A DNA stretch of 64,000 nt from Sphingomonas phyllosphaerae (lineage in GTDB: Bacteria; Pseudomonadota; Alphaproteobacteria; Sphingomonadales; Sphingomonadaceae): the NCBI GenBank assembly GCA_036946405.1, contig JAQIJC010000001.1, positions 3,604,609-3,668,608 of the forward strand, read 5' to 3'. The position numbers and the translations under genes were made by a program. The notes under the pieces are model-generated. The model was not told the origin of the DNA, did not search any database, and saw nothing but the letters and a program-made list of their open reading frames with translations. The first letter of the stretch is position 1. Each line of letters opens with the position of its first letter. Shown in pieces: positions 10,025 to 18,631 of this stretch.

Positions 10025-10144
10025 CGGATGCGTCTGGTGTAGCCTTTCGCTTCATCGGCTTTCCCGACGGCTCCGCAGCGATGCGGGGCCGTTGTGCTTT
10101 TCGCCGGTTTCGGCGTTATCGTTCCCCAAGGAGAATTTCGCAGC

Positions 10145-10507
10145 ATGGCAGGTTACAAGGCCCCGGACTTCAACCAGCGCGCCGCCGCCGCCCGCGACGC
10201 CAAGGCACGCGCGCTCGAGGCGTTGAAGAACAAGGCCGCCCCCGATCCTGCAGAGGTCGCCGCCCGTCTCGCCGCGCGCGAGGCCAAGGAAGCTGCGGAG
10301 GCCGAGAAGCGCGAGCAGCGCAAGGCGGCGATCGCCGCCGAAAAGGCCGCCAAGGAAGAGGCGCGCGCGCAGGCCGCCGCCGAAGCCGCTGCCGCCGCCG
10401 AGGCGGCCGCCGCCGCCAAGCGCCCGCCGGTGCTGCCGACCGCCGCCGAACTCAAAGCGGCGCGCGACGCCCGCTACGCCGCGCGCAAGGCTCGCCAGAA
10501 GAAGTGA
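10145..10507 (+). CDS. Ala/Lys/Glu-rich small protein, DUF6481-like
   Basis: ORF 10094..10507 trimmed to ATG 10145, preceded by AAGGAG (10128-10133). Sequence MAGYKAPDFNQRAAAARDAKARALEALK...AELKAARDARYAARKARQKK. Codon GC3 is high. The family call is from memory. Confidence 0.6.
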   Translation: MAGYKAPDFNQRAAAARDAKARALEALKNKAAPDPAEVAARLAAREAKEAAEAEKREQRKAAIAAEKAAKEEARAQAAAEAAAAAEAAAAAKRPPVLPTAAELKAARDARYAARKARQKK

Positions 10508-11175
10508 TCCGCCCCGAGCTGCTCGGGGTAGCGGAGGTGCCGGACGGACCGCCGTTGCGGCTGTTCCGTCGCGGTGCCGACTTCATGATCGTGCTCGAAC
10601 GCAACGAGCTGATGAGCACGCGGATGAGCGGCTCGGAAGTCGCGCTCGGCACGATGACGTGTGACCGGTTGGTCGACCGGCCCGCCCCGCACCTCCTGAT
10701 CGGCGGCTATGGCATGGGCTTCACGCTCCGCGCTGTGCTCGCCCGGCTGGGGACCTCGGCGCAGGTCACCGTTGCCGAGCTGGTCCCGGGCATCATTGAA
10801 TGGGCGCGCGGGCCGATGGCGGCGCTGACCGACGGCTGCCTCGACGACCCGCGCGTGACGCTTAGGATGGGCGATGTCGGCGCGGCGATCGCCGCCGGCA
10901 GCGGACGCTATGACGCGATCCTGCTCGACGTCGACAACGGCCCCGATGGGCTGACCCGCCCCGCCAACGACGGCCTCTATGGCCCGCGCGGGCTGGCCGC
11001 GGCGCGTGCCGCCTTGCGCCCCGGCGGGGTGCTGGCGGTGTGGTCGGCGGCGCCCGATCCCCGCTTCGCCCGCCGCTTCGCCGACAGCGGCTTCGCGGTC
11101 GACGAGGTCAAGGTCCGCGCGCGCGAGAACGGCAAGGGTGCGACCCACGTCATCTGGTTCGGCTTGCGCCGCTAG
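10504..11175 (+). CDS. spermidine synthase-like class I SAM-dependent methyltransferase
   Basis: C-terminal 223 codons of ORF 10081..11175. GTG 10504 overlaps the upstream TGA (GTGA). Motifs LLIGGYGMGFTL...AELVPGII...YDAILLDVDNGP...GGVLAVWS. Confidence 0.8.
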   Translation: MIRPELLGVAEVPDGPPLRLFRRGADFMIVLERNELMSTRMSGSEVALGTMTCDRLVDRPAPHLLIGGYGMGFTLRAVLARLGTSAQVTVAELVPGIIEWARGPMAALTDGCLDDPRVTLRMGDVGAAIAAGSGRYDAILLDVDNGPDGLTRPANDGLYGPRGLAAARAALRPGGVLAVWSAAPDPRFARRFADSGFAVDEVKVRARENGKGATHVIWFGLRR

Positions 11176-11201
11176 GCTCGGTCGGAACCCCGCTCCTGAG
11201 C

Positions 11202-11231
11202 CGTCATTGCGAGCGTAGCGAAGCAATGACG
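11202..11231. repeat. Hairpin repeat, family B (minimal single hairpin)
   Basis: CCGTCATTGCGAGCGTAGCGAAGCAATGACG. Same arms as 25916..25993, 30864..30940 and 40516..40545. Confidence 0.8.
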
Positions 11232-11405
11232 ATGAGGGGCAGCAGATATCCCCAACGACACCTGTCACCCCGGCGAAGGCCGGGGCCCAGTTGGGAAGGC
11301 CTCTCAGGTGAAGCGCAACGCTGGTCACCTGCGGCACCCGACTAGATACCGGCCTTCGCCGACGTACATCACCTAGTGCTGTCACCCGCCCCGGCCTGAT
11401 GGTAG

Positions 11406-12380
11406 ATGCCGCGCATGGGTCACGGGCACCATCACCATCACCATCACCACCACGGCCACGATCACGGGCATGACCACGATCACGGCCATTCCCACGCACA
11501 TGCCACCCCGCCCGAGCGCTGGGATCATGTGTTCGCGATCGGGATCGCGCTCAACCTCGTCTATGTCATCGCCGAGGGCGTTGCCGGCTGGCTGTTCGAC
11601 TCGGTCGCGCTGCTCGCCGACGCCGGGCACAATCTCTCCGACGTGCTCGGGCTGGCGGTGGCATGGGGCGGCGCGGCGCTGGCGCGCACCGCGCCGTCGA
11701 AGCGCTTCACCTATGGGCTGAAGGGGTCGACGATCCTCGCCGCGCTCGCCAACGCGCTGCTGCTGCTGGTCGCGATCGGCGCGATCGCGCTGGAGGCGGT
11801 GCACCGCTTCGGGTCCGCACCCGCCGTGCCGGGGCTGACCGTCTCGGCCGTCGCCGCGCTCGGGATCGCCGTCAACGCGGTGACCGCATGGCTGTTCGCG
11901 CGCGGGCGCAAGGGTGATGTCAACGTCCGCGGCGCCTATCTCCACATGCTCGCCGACGCGCTGGTGTCGGCCGGGGTGGTCGCGGCCGGGGTCGTGATCT
12001 GGCTGACCGGCGCGGCATGGATCGACCCGCTGGTCAGCCTCGTCATCGCGGTGGTAATCTTCTGGCAGACCTGGGGGCTGCTGCGCGAGACCGTCGAGAT
12101 GTCGCTGTCCGCGGTGCCGCGCGGAATCGACTATGACCGGGTCAAGGACGCGCTCGCCGCGCTGCCCGGCGTCGAGGCCGTGCATGACCTCCACATTTGG
12201 CCGATGTCGACCACCGAACCGAGCCTGACCGCGCATCTGCGCATCCCGGCGGGGCATCCGGGCGACACGTTTCTGGAGGATGTGCAGGCGATGCTGCACG
12301 AGCGCTTCGGAATCGGCCATACGACGGTACAGATCGAGACCGGCACCGCCTGTACGCTCGCGGACGAGCGCACCGTCTAG
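11406..12380 (+). CDS. czcD: cation diffusion facilitator family transporter with His-rich N-terminus
   Basis: MPRMGHGHHHHHHHHHGHDHGHDHDHGHSHAH, then the CDF signature ...ALLADAGHNLSDV...YLHMLADALVS.... Has six predicted TM helices plus a C-terminal cytoplasmic domain. Confidence 0.9.
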   Translation: MPRMGHGHHHHHHHHHGHDHGHDHDHGHSHAHATPPERWDHVFAIGIALNLVYVIAEGVAGWLFDSVALLADAGHNLSDVLGLAVAWGGAALARTAPSKRFTYGLKGSTILAALANALLLLVAIGAIALEAVHRFGSAPAVPGLTVSAVAALGIAVNAVTAWLFARGRKGDVNVRGAYLHMLADALVSAGVVAAGVVIWLTGAAWIDPLVSLVIAVVIFWQTWGLLRETVEMSLSAVPRGIDYDRVKDALAALPGVEAVHDLHIWPMSTTEPSLTAHLRIPAGHPGDTFLEDVQAMLHERFGIGHTTVQIETGTACTLADERTV

Positions 12381-12646
12381 GGTCTGTACTCAATCGCAAC
12401 AAGGTCGTGACGGAGCGGATTTTGGCGCCAGGCCAGGAGCAAGGAGGGAGCGATGCTTTTGCATCGTGACCGACGCGCAACGCCGCACGGCGCCAAAAGC
12501 CGCCCGCCGCGGAGCGGTCGCCTGAGGAAGGCCGCCCAGCATCGTCGCTCGCTTGCGGGTAGCTCTGCTACCCGGCTGCGCTGCACTCCTCGTGGGCGAC
12601 CTTCCTCAGGCGATCTCGATCCTTGTTGCGATTGAGTACAGACCCT
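12379..12646. mobile_element. MITE-like element with perfect 26-bp terminal inverted repeats
   Basis: AGGGTCTGTACTCAATCGCAACAAGG at 12379-12404 is the exact reverse complement of 12621-12646. Internal inverted pairs are 12420-12429/12489-12498 (TTTTGGCGCC) and 12519-12531/12600-12612 (CGCCTGAGGAAGG). A hairpin lies at 12557-12573. No credible ORF inside. Confidence 0.6.
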
Positions 12647-12649
12647 CGG

Positions 12650-14785
12650 CTATCTTCGGATCAATTCGCGTCCCAGGAACGCATTCAGCAGCGCCGCGCG
12701 GCGCGCATCTTCCGCATGATCGGCGCCGACCGAATGCCCGCCCTCCAGATATTCGTGGAAGTAAACCGTGTTCCCGTTCTGCTTCAACAACGCCGCCAGC
12801 TTGCGCGCATGGCCGGGATGAACGCGGTCATCCTTGGTCGAAAGATAAAAGAATACAGGCGGATAGCGGACCCCGGCCCTCACGTTCTGATAGGGTGAGT
12901 AGCGCCGGATGAACGCCCAGTCGGCGGGCTTGTCCGGATCGCCATATTCGTCGATCCACGACGCTCCAGCGGACAGATGCGAATAGCGCCGCATATCCTC
13001 CAGCGGCGACCCCGCGATCACCGCCCCATAGAGGTCCGGCCGCTGCTGCATCGCCACCCCGACCAGCAAACCGCCGTTCGAACGCCCTGAGATCGCAATC
13101 TTTCCTTTCGTCGACACGCCGGTGCGGACCAGATCGTCGCCGACCGCGTGGAGGTCGTCGAACACATTCTGGCGCTTCTCGCGAAGCCCTGCCTGATGCC
13201 AGCGCGGCCCATATTCGCCGCCGCCACGCAAATTGGCGAGCACATAGGCCCCGCCCTGCTCGACCCAGAACAGCGCCAGCGGCCCGGCGCGATAGGGTTG
13301 CTCGGTGAGATAGGTCGGCGTCTGTGCGTTGCGGAACCCGCCATAGGCATGGATCAGCGCGGGGGCCGGCGCGGTCGCGCCCTTCTTGGTGACGAGGAAA
13401 TAAGGCACGCGCGTGCCGTCGCGCGACGTCGCAAAGCGTTGCACCACCTGATATTTCGCCGCGTCGAACCGCGCCGGCAGCGCCTGTACCGCGCGTGGCG
13501 CCGTGCCCGTGCGCGCCGCATAGAGTGTCGGCGGGGTGAGCATCCCCTCGACGGTGACGAACGCCGCGTCGCTCTTTCCCGTCGTCGCGCCGAGATGAAG
13601 CGTGCTGTTGCCGGGCAGCGCGACCGGGGTCTGCGTCCAGCGCCCGTCAGGTTGACGGCGCAGCGCGACCAGCCGGCCCGACACGTCGTCGAGCAATTTG
13701 ACCCATAAGACGTTGTCGCTGGCCGAGACATCCTCGATCGCCTGCGTCGCGCTCGGTGCCATTACCAGCTCGCCCTTGGGATGACGCCCGGCGATGATGT
13801 CAGGGAGCGACCAGGCGACGAGCGCACCGGCCGGGAAGCCGTCGGCGGGTTTGTTGAGCTTCGCGATCGCTCGCCCGCCGATCACGTCGGTGACGTCGGC
13901 ACCCTTGGGCAGTCCGAGCGGGACGAACCTGCCGTCCGCCGCCTGCACCAGCAGCTCGCGCTCGAAAAAGGTGTGGCCGACGCTGACCATCGGCCAGCGA
14001 CGCGTGGCGTCGACGAACGCCGCCGCGCCGACCTGCACCGCGCTGGCCGGCGATTCGTGGACGGTGGTCGCTGCCGCCAAGGGCGTGCCGCGCTTCCACA
14101 ATTTCGCAATGCGCGGATAGCCGGAGGTCGTCAGCGACCCTGCACCCCAGTCGGTCGCGACCAGCAACGTGTCGCGATCCACCCAGACGACGTCACTCTT
14201 CGCCTCGGGCAGGACGAAGCCGTCGTCGACGAAACGGCCGGTGGTCAGGTCGAATTCGCGGACCACCTGCGCGTCGGTGCCGCCGGGGCTGAGCCGGACG
14301 AGGCAGCGCGCATAATCGGGTTCGAGGCACGTCGCGCCGTGCCAGACCCAGCTCTTGCCCTCAGCCTTGCCGAGCGCGTCGACGTCGATCAGCGTGCGCC
14401 ATTGCGGGCGACCGGCCTGATAGTCGGCGAGCGTCGCGACCCGCCACAATCCACGCGGATTTTTCGCATCGCGCCAGAGGTTTGTGACGCGGTCGCCGAG
14501 CACAGTGTCGACCTCGGCGATCTGCGCCTCATCGTCGAGGATCGCCTTGGCGCGGGCGCGATCCTGTTCGAAACGCGGGCTTTTGGTGAGCAGCGCCTCG
14601 GTTTCGGCGTTCCATGCCTTGACCTGCTGGAGCGCGCGCGTGCCCTCGGTCTGCTCCAGCCAGAGGTACGGGTCGGCGGCAGGGGCAGCGGCGAGGACGA
14701 TCGGGGCGAGCGCGAGCGGGATCAGACGGTGCATGACGATATGGTAACGGCTGCCACGATCGGGCGGAAGGGCGCGCGACGCCAT
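12650..14785 (-). CDS. prolyl oligopeptidase family serine peptidase (S9)
   Basis: 711 aa. N-terminal beta-propeller region plus C-terminal alpha/beta hydrolase with GRSNGG (nucleophile Ser) and ...GGHSVGA. Sec signal MHRLIPLALAPIVLAAAPA follows an alternative ATG at 14734. ATG 14785 has a GGAG upstream and overlaps the upstream stop. Confidence 0.9.
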   Translation of the reverse strand: MASRALPPDRGSRYHIVMHRLIPLALAPIVLAAAPAADPYLWLEQTEGTRALQQVKAWNAETEALLTKSPRFEQDRARAKAILDDEAQIAEVDTVLGDRVTNLWRDAKNPRGLWRVATLADYQAGRPQWRTLIDVDALGKAEGKSWVWHGATCLEPDYARCLVRLSPGGTDAQVVREFDLTTGRFVDDGFVLPEAKSDVVWVDRDTLLVATDWGAGSLTTSGYPRIAKLWKRGTPLAAATTVHESPASAVQVGAAAFVDATRRWPMVSVGHTFFERELLVQAADGRFVPLGLPKGADVTDVIGGRAIAKLNKPADGFPAGALVAWSLPDIIAGRHPKGELVMAPSATQAIEDVSASDNVLWVKLLDDVSGRLVALRRQPDGRWTQTPVALPGNSTLHLGATTGKSDAAFVTVEGMLTPPTLYAARTGTAPRAVQALPARFDAAKYQVVQRFATSRDGTRVPYFLVTKKGATAPAPALIHAYGGFRNAQTPTYLTEQPYRAGPLALFWVEQGGAYVLANLRGGGEYGPRWHQAGLREKRQNVFDDLHAVGDDLVRTGVSTKGKIAISGRSNGGLLVGVAMQQRPDLYGAVIAGSPLEDMRRYSHLSAGASWIDEYGDPDKPADWAFIRRYSPYQNVRAGVRYPPVFFYLSTKDDRVHPGHARKLAALLKQNGNTVYFHEYLEGGHSVGADHAEDARRAALLNAFLGRELIRR

Positions 14786-15207
14786 CAGAAGAATCGCTCC
14801 AGCCAGGCGGCGGTCGCCTCGGTGAGCCCGACGATCTTGTCGGTCGCTTGCCGGTACAGCTTGAAATCGAGCTCGAATTGCGGCGCGTCATCAGGACCTT
14901 GGCGCCAGGCGCGCAACTCGCCTCGTCCGCAGGCGCGCTTCGCCACGCCCTCCCGGCGGATCGTGACCGAGACGCGCGGGGTCTGGCGCAGCGCGTCGGT
15001 GCGTGGCGTCGCGACGGCGGCGGTCACGATCCCGCGCGCGATGAGCCCGCGGCCGCCATGCGTCTCGCTGGCGAAGAGGAAGATACGGTCGCCGATGTTG
15101 ATCGTCTTGCCGCCGTACATCGCCTTTTGGGCGATGAAGGTTGCCGTATCGGCCATGGGATCGTCGATCGCGGCCTTGAGGGCGAAATGGAAAAAGGCAC
15201 GTGGCAT
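14785..15207 (-). CDS. hypothetical protein (140 aa)
   Basis: ATG 15207 to TGA 14785-14787. GC3-rich codons. MPRAFFHFALKAAIDDPMADTATFIAQKAMYGGKTINIGDRIFLFASETHGGRGLIARGIV.... I recognise no motif. Confidence 0.55.
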   Translation of the reverse strand: MPRAFFHFALKAAIDDPMADTATFIAQKAMYGGKTINIGDRIFLFASETHGGRGLIARGIVTAAVATPRTDALRQTPRVSVTIRREGVAKRACGRGELRAWRQGPDDAPQFELDFKLYRQATDKIVGLTEATAAWLERFF

Positions 15208-15389
15208 CAGCGGGTTGCGCGGGGCACTACCGGCGTTCGGAACGCGGATGTTTGCGAAGTTCGCGCAAAACGAGCGTCGAGAGGGCGGTGGGGCAAGGGC
15301 ATGGGCGTCACGCCGGCCAGTCTAGCCGATGGGGTGCGGTGTAGGACAGGGGTGGTGTGGCAACGGCCAACGCTCCCCTCGCGCCGTCG

Positions 15390-15569
15390 CCCCTGCGGAG
15401 GCAGGGGCCTATGGCTGTGTCGTCCGGGCGGACGGGTTGACACAATAACGCCAGTTGTCGTGTCAACGTCGCGCGGCACAAGACAGACATGGGCCCCTGC
15501 CTGCGCAGGGGAGACGCCCCGCGCGGGTTGCACGCAACGACATACACATCGCCCCTGCCTCCGCAGGGG
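15390..15569. repeat. Three family F hairpins (CCCCTGC-N4-GCAGGGG)
   Basis: Copies at 15390-15407, 15494-15511 and 15552-15569, immediately downstream of the nadA stop. Confidence 0.75.
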
Positions 15570-15581
15570 TGACGGCGGAGA

Positions 15582-16580
15582 TCAGTCGCCCGTCACCTTC
15601 GCCGGACCGAGGTCGCCCTGCCCGACCGTCGTGCTCGCCATCGCCAGCATCGCGTCGAGGCTCTTCTTGGCCTGCACGCGCAAACCTTCGTCCATCTCGA
15701 TCCGCGGGGTCAGATCGCGCAGCGCGACATAGAGTTTCTCCAGCGTATTCAGCGCCATATATGGACAGATATTGCAATTGCAGTTCCCGTCCGCGCCCGG
15801 CGCGCCGATGAAGGTCTTGCCCGGCAGCGCCTTTTCCATCTGGTGGATGATGTGCGGTTCTGTCGCCACGATCAGCGTGTCGCCCGGCATGGCCATCGCG
15901 TAATCGAGGATACCGCGCGTCGAGCCGACGTAATCGGCATGGTCGAGGATCACCGCCGGACATTCCGGGTGCGCCGCGATCGGCGCGGTCGGATACTGCG
16001 CGCGCAGCTTGAGCAGCTCGGTTTCGCTGAACGCCTCGTGGACGATGCACACGCCCGGCCACAGGATCAGATCACGCCCGGTCTTGCGCGCGAGATAGCC
16101 GCCGAGGTTGCGATCGGGGCCGAAGATGATCTTCTGCTCGGGCGGGATCTTCGACAGGATCGTCTCGGCCGAGGAGGAGGTGACGATGACGTCGCTGAGC
16201 GCCTTCACCGCCGCCGAGCAATTGATATAGGTGAGCGCGATGGCATCGGGATGCTGCGCGCGGAACGCGGCGAATTGCTCGGGCGGGCAACTGTCCTCAA
16301 GGCTGCACCCGGCGTCCATGTCGGGGAGGATCACCGTCTTCTGCGGCGAGAGGATTTTCGCCGTTTCGGCCATGAAGCGCACGCCGCAGAAGGCAATGAC
16401 GTCGGCGTCGGTCGCCTGCGCCTTGCGGCTGAGGTCGAGACTGTCGCCGACGAAGTCCGCGAGGTCCTGGATCTCGGGCTTTTGATAGTAATGCGCGAGG
16501 ATCACGGCGTCGCGCTCCTTGCGGAGGCGGTCGATCTCGGCGCGCAGGTCGAGGCCCGTCAGGTTCGTCGGCTGTTCCAT
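15582..16580 (-). CDS. nadA: quinolinate synthase
   Basis: MEQPTNLTGLDLRAEIDRLRKERDAVILAHYYQKPEIQDLADFVGDSL...FCGVRFMAETAKIL...CNCNICPYM. This is typical NadA. Confidence 0.95.
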   Translation of the reverse strand: MEQPTNLTGLDLRAEIDRLRKERDAVILAHYYQKPEIQDLADFVGDSLDLSRKAQATDADVIAFCGVRFMAETAKILSPQKTVILPDMDAGCSLEDSCPPEQFAAFRAQHPDAIALTYINCSAAVKALSDVIVTSSSAETILSKIPPEQKIIFGPDRNLGGYLARKTGRDLILWPGVCIVHEAFSETELLKLRAQYPTAPIAAHPECPAVILDHADYVGSTRGILDYAMAMPGDTLIVATEPHIIHQMEKALPGKTFIGAPGADGNCNCNICPYMALNTLEKLYVALRDLTPRIEMDEGLRVQAKKSLDAMLAMASTTVGQGDLGPAKVTGD

Positions 16581-16661
16581 GTCCGGTCAGATGGCCTGTG
16601 CACGGGGCGCAATCAAGCGGAACGATGCGGGGGGCTGGCGAGCAAGGCGCAACAAAATCAT

Positions 16662-16742
16662 CCATTCGCACTGAGCCTGTCGAAGTGCGTGTTACGTGCA
16701 CTCCGCTTGGCGCACGTGCTTCGACAAGCTCAGCACAAACGG
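16662..16742. repeat. Hairpin repeat, family D
   Basis: CCATTCGCACTGAGCCTGTCGAAG ... CTTCGACAAGCTCAGCACAAACGG. Other copies at 33466..33546, 36475..36542 and 57635..57704. Confidence 0.85.
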
Positions 16743-16782
16743 GGGTGGGCATGGACCGATACGCTCAACACGAACAAGTGGG

Positions 16783-16876
16783 CGTCATCCCGCGAAGGCG
16801 GGGGTCCATACGCGCAGGTCTTCGCAATGGTCGAGACGTCAGAGGTTCTGGATTCCCGCCTTCGCGGGAATGACGG
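16783..16876. repeat. Hairpin repeat, family A (second copy)
   Basis: CGTCATCCCGCGAAGGCGGGGGTCCATACGCGCAGGTC ... GTCAGAGGTTCTGGATTCCCGCCTTCGCGGGAATGACGG. Colinear with 3893..3989. Confidence 0.85.
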
Positions 16877-16925
16877 TGGGGGGGGCGGGAATGACTGAGG
16901 ACGGGTGGGCGAACGGACCCCCGCC

Positions 16926-17633
16926 CTACCGCGCGTTGCCGAGCACTTCCTCGAGCGAGCGCGTCAGGTCCCATTGGTCGCGATTGTCGGGGCGCGGCTC
17001 GCCGGTGAAACGCACCTCGACGTTGACCGGCAGATTGGCGGCCTCCAGCGTGCCCTCGAACAGGCGCTCCAGCGCGGCGCGGGCGTTCTCGCGTGCCTTG
17101 CGCATGTTCTCGGGCTCGCGCGCCTTGGCGGCGACGACGTCGGTCGCTTTCGCCGACACCTTCTTCTGCAACTCGGCCATTGCGCCGCGCGGCGGCAGGA
17201 CGCCGGTGGTGGTGTCGATCGTCACGCGGCTCTCGTCGATATTGGGCGCGCCGACCGTCACGTCGGGCACCTCGACCAGCAAGCGGCGGCGGCGCTCGTC
17301 GTAGCGGAAGTCGCGCGGGCGCAGGCTGCCCAAGGGCACGAAATAATCGACGTCATACGGCGCCTTGATGACGCGGACATATTTGAGCCAGCCGAACATC
17401 CGCGTCGCCGAGGCGGTCGACTGGACGGTGCCCGACAGATGGCTCACGCGCAGCTCGTTGCTGCCGTACAGCCGCCCCGCGACGACGCGCGCGACCGCGA
17501 CGCCGCTCCCGTCGGTGGCGACGGTGTATTTCTCGGTGAAATAGCGATAGCCGACGAAGGTCGCGACGAGGATCGCGGTGGCGATCGCGAGCGACACCAG
17601 CAGCTTGCCGAGCCCGGTCAGATGCTCCGCCAT
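16926..17633 (-). CDS. DUF4230-like membrane-anchored protein
   Basis: 235 aa. N-terminal TM segment LLVSLAIATAILVATFVGY. The remainder resembles DUF4230 by my recollection. ATG 17633. Confidence 0.6.
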   Translation of the reverse strand: MAEHLTGLGKLLVSLAIATAILVATFVGYRYFTEKYTVATDGSGVAVARVVAGRLYGSNELRVSHLSGTVQSTASATRMFGWLKYVRVIKAPYDVDYFVPLGSLRPRDFRYDERRRRLLVEVPDVTVGAPNIDESRVTIDTTTGVLPPRGAMAELQKKVSAKATDVVAAKAREPENMRKARENARAALERLFEGTLEAANLPVNVEVRFTGEPRPDNRDQWDLTRSLEEVLGNAR

Positions 17634-18475
17634 AGATCCCCCTCCTCCGTCACCAGCCCGCGCCGCGCGAGATCGAGCAGATGCGCGAGCACCGAACGCG
17701 ACGCCGCGCCTAGCAAGCGTGCGTCGAGCCCGACGTACATGCGCGCGACCATCGCCGCGATCGGCTGCGGCCCCTCGCGGAGCTGCCGCAGGATCTGCCC
17801 CTCGCGCTGCTTGCGGTGGCCGAGCATCCCGCGCACCAGCCGCTGCGGGCGCTCGACCGCCTCGCCGTGGCCGGGGTAATAGATGCGGTCGTCGCGGAGC
17901 AGCAGCTTTTCGAGGCTCGCCATGTAATCGCCCATGTCGCCGTCGGGTGGTGAGACGACGCTGGTCGCCCAGCCCATGACATGGTCGCCCGAAAAGAGCG
18001 CGTTCGTCTCGGGCAGCGCGAAGGCGAGATGGTTGGCGGTGTGGCCGGGGGTGGCAACGGCCTGAAGGGTCCAGCCGTCGCCAGTGACCTGCTCGCCGTC
18101 CGCCAGTACGCGATCGGGGGCGTAATCGGCATCGAAGGCGGCGTCGGCCTGCTCGCCCGCCTCGCGTACCACCAGCGGCGCGCAGCCGGTGATCGGCGCG
18201 CCCGTCTCGGCGGCGAGGCGGCGCGCGGCAGGAGAATGGTCGCGGTGGTGATGGGTGATGAGGATCGCGCGAACCGGGCGCGCGGCGATGGCCCGGAGCA
18301 GCGCGGCGTGGTGCGCGTCGTCGGCAGGACCGGGGTCGATAATCGCGAGGTCGCTGGTGCCGACGAGGTGCGTCTGCGTGCCGGTGTAGGTGTAAGCCGA
18401 GGCATTGGGGGCGAGGACGCGCGTCACCAAAGGTTCCAGCGTCACGGCCACGCCGGTGGGAAGCTCGTCTGCCAT
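17618..18475 (-). CDS. MBL-fold metallo-hydrolase
   Basis: ORF 17618..18529 trimmed to ATG 18475 (MADELPTG...). Contains ILITHHHRDHSPAA (HxHxDH) and TPGHTANHLAF. Confidence 0.85.
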   Translation of the reverse strand: MADELPTGVAVTLEPLVTRVLAPNASAYTYTGTQTHLVGTSDLAIIDPGPADDAHHAALLRAIAARPVRAILITHHHRDHSPAARRLAAETGAPITGCAPLVVREAGEQADAAFDADYAPDRVLADGEQVTGDGWTLQAVATPGHTANHLAFALPETNALFSGDHVMGWATSVVSPPDGDMGDYMASLEKLLLRDDRIYYPGHGEAVERPQRLVRGMLGHRKQREGQILRQLREGPQPIAAMVARMYVGLDARLLGAASRSVLAHLLDLARRGLVTEEGDLWRSI

Positions 18476-18533
18476 CTGCGCTTCACATGGCGGCGGTGCC
18501 GGGCGGGTGCAAGGGTAGACGACACGCATCCGC

Positions 18534-18619
18534 CGTCACCCCGGCCTTGAGCCGGGGCCCCGCCTCTTCCTGGCGGCCGGAGGAAGAAACGGGATCCCGG
18601 CGCGAGGCCGGGATGACGG
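18534..18619. repeat. Hairpin repeat, family C (ORF-less copy)
   Basis: CGTCACCCCGGCCTTGAGCCGGGGCCCCGCCTCTTCC-loop-GGAAGAAACGGGATCCCGGCGCGAGGCCGGGATGACGG. Confidence 0.85.
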
Positions 18620-18631
18620 TGGAGGAGATGG

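Noticed and set aside
10081-11175. 364-aa ORF as one protein
   Set aside because: Its first ~140 codons are the out-of-frame shadow of the DUF6481-like gene. The methyltransferase starts at GTG 10504.
11406-11500. His-codon run at the czcD 5' end considered as a tandem DNA repeat or artefact
   Set aside because: It reads in frame as a His/Asp/Gly metal-binding tail, common in CDF transporters. It is not a separate feature.
15390-15569. Regularly recurring 18-nt palindromes considered as a mini-CRISPR
   Set aside because: There are only three copies. The spacing is unequal (about 104 and 58 nt between copy starts). The repeats are perfect short palindromes of REP type, and no cas genes are present.
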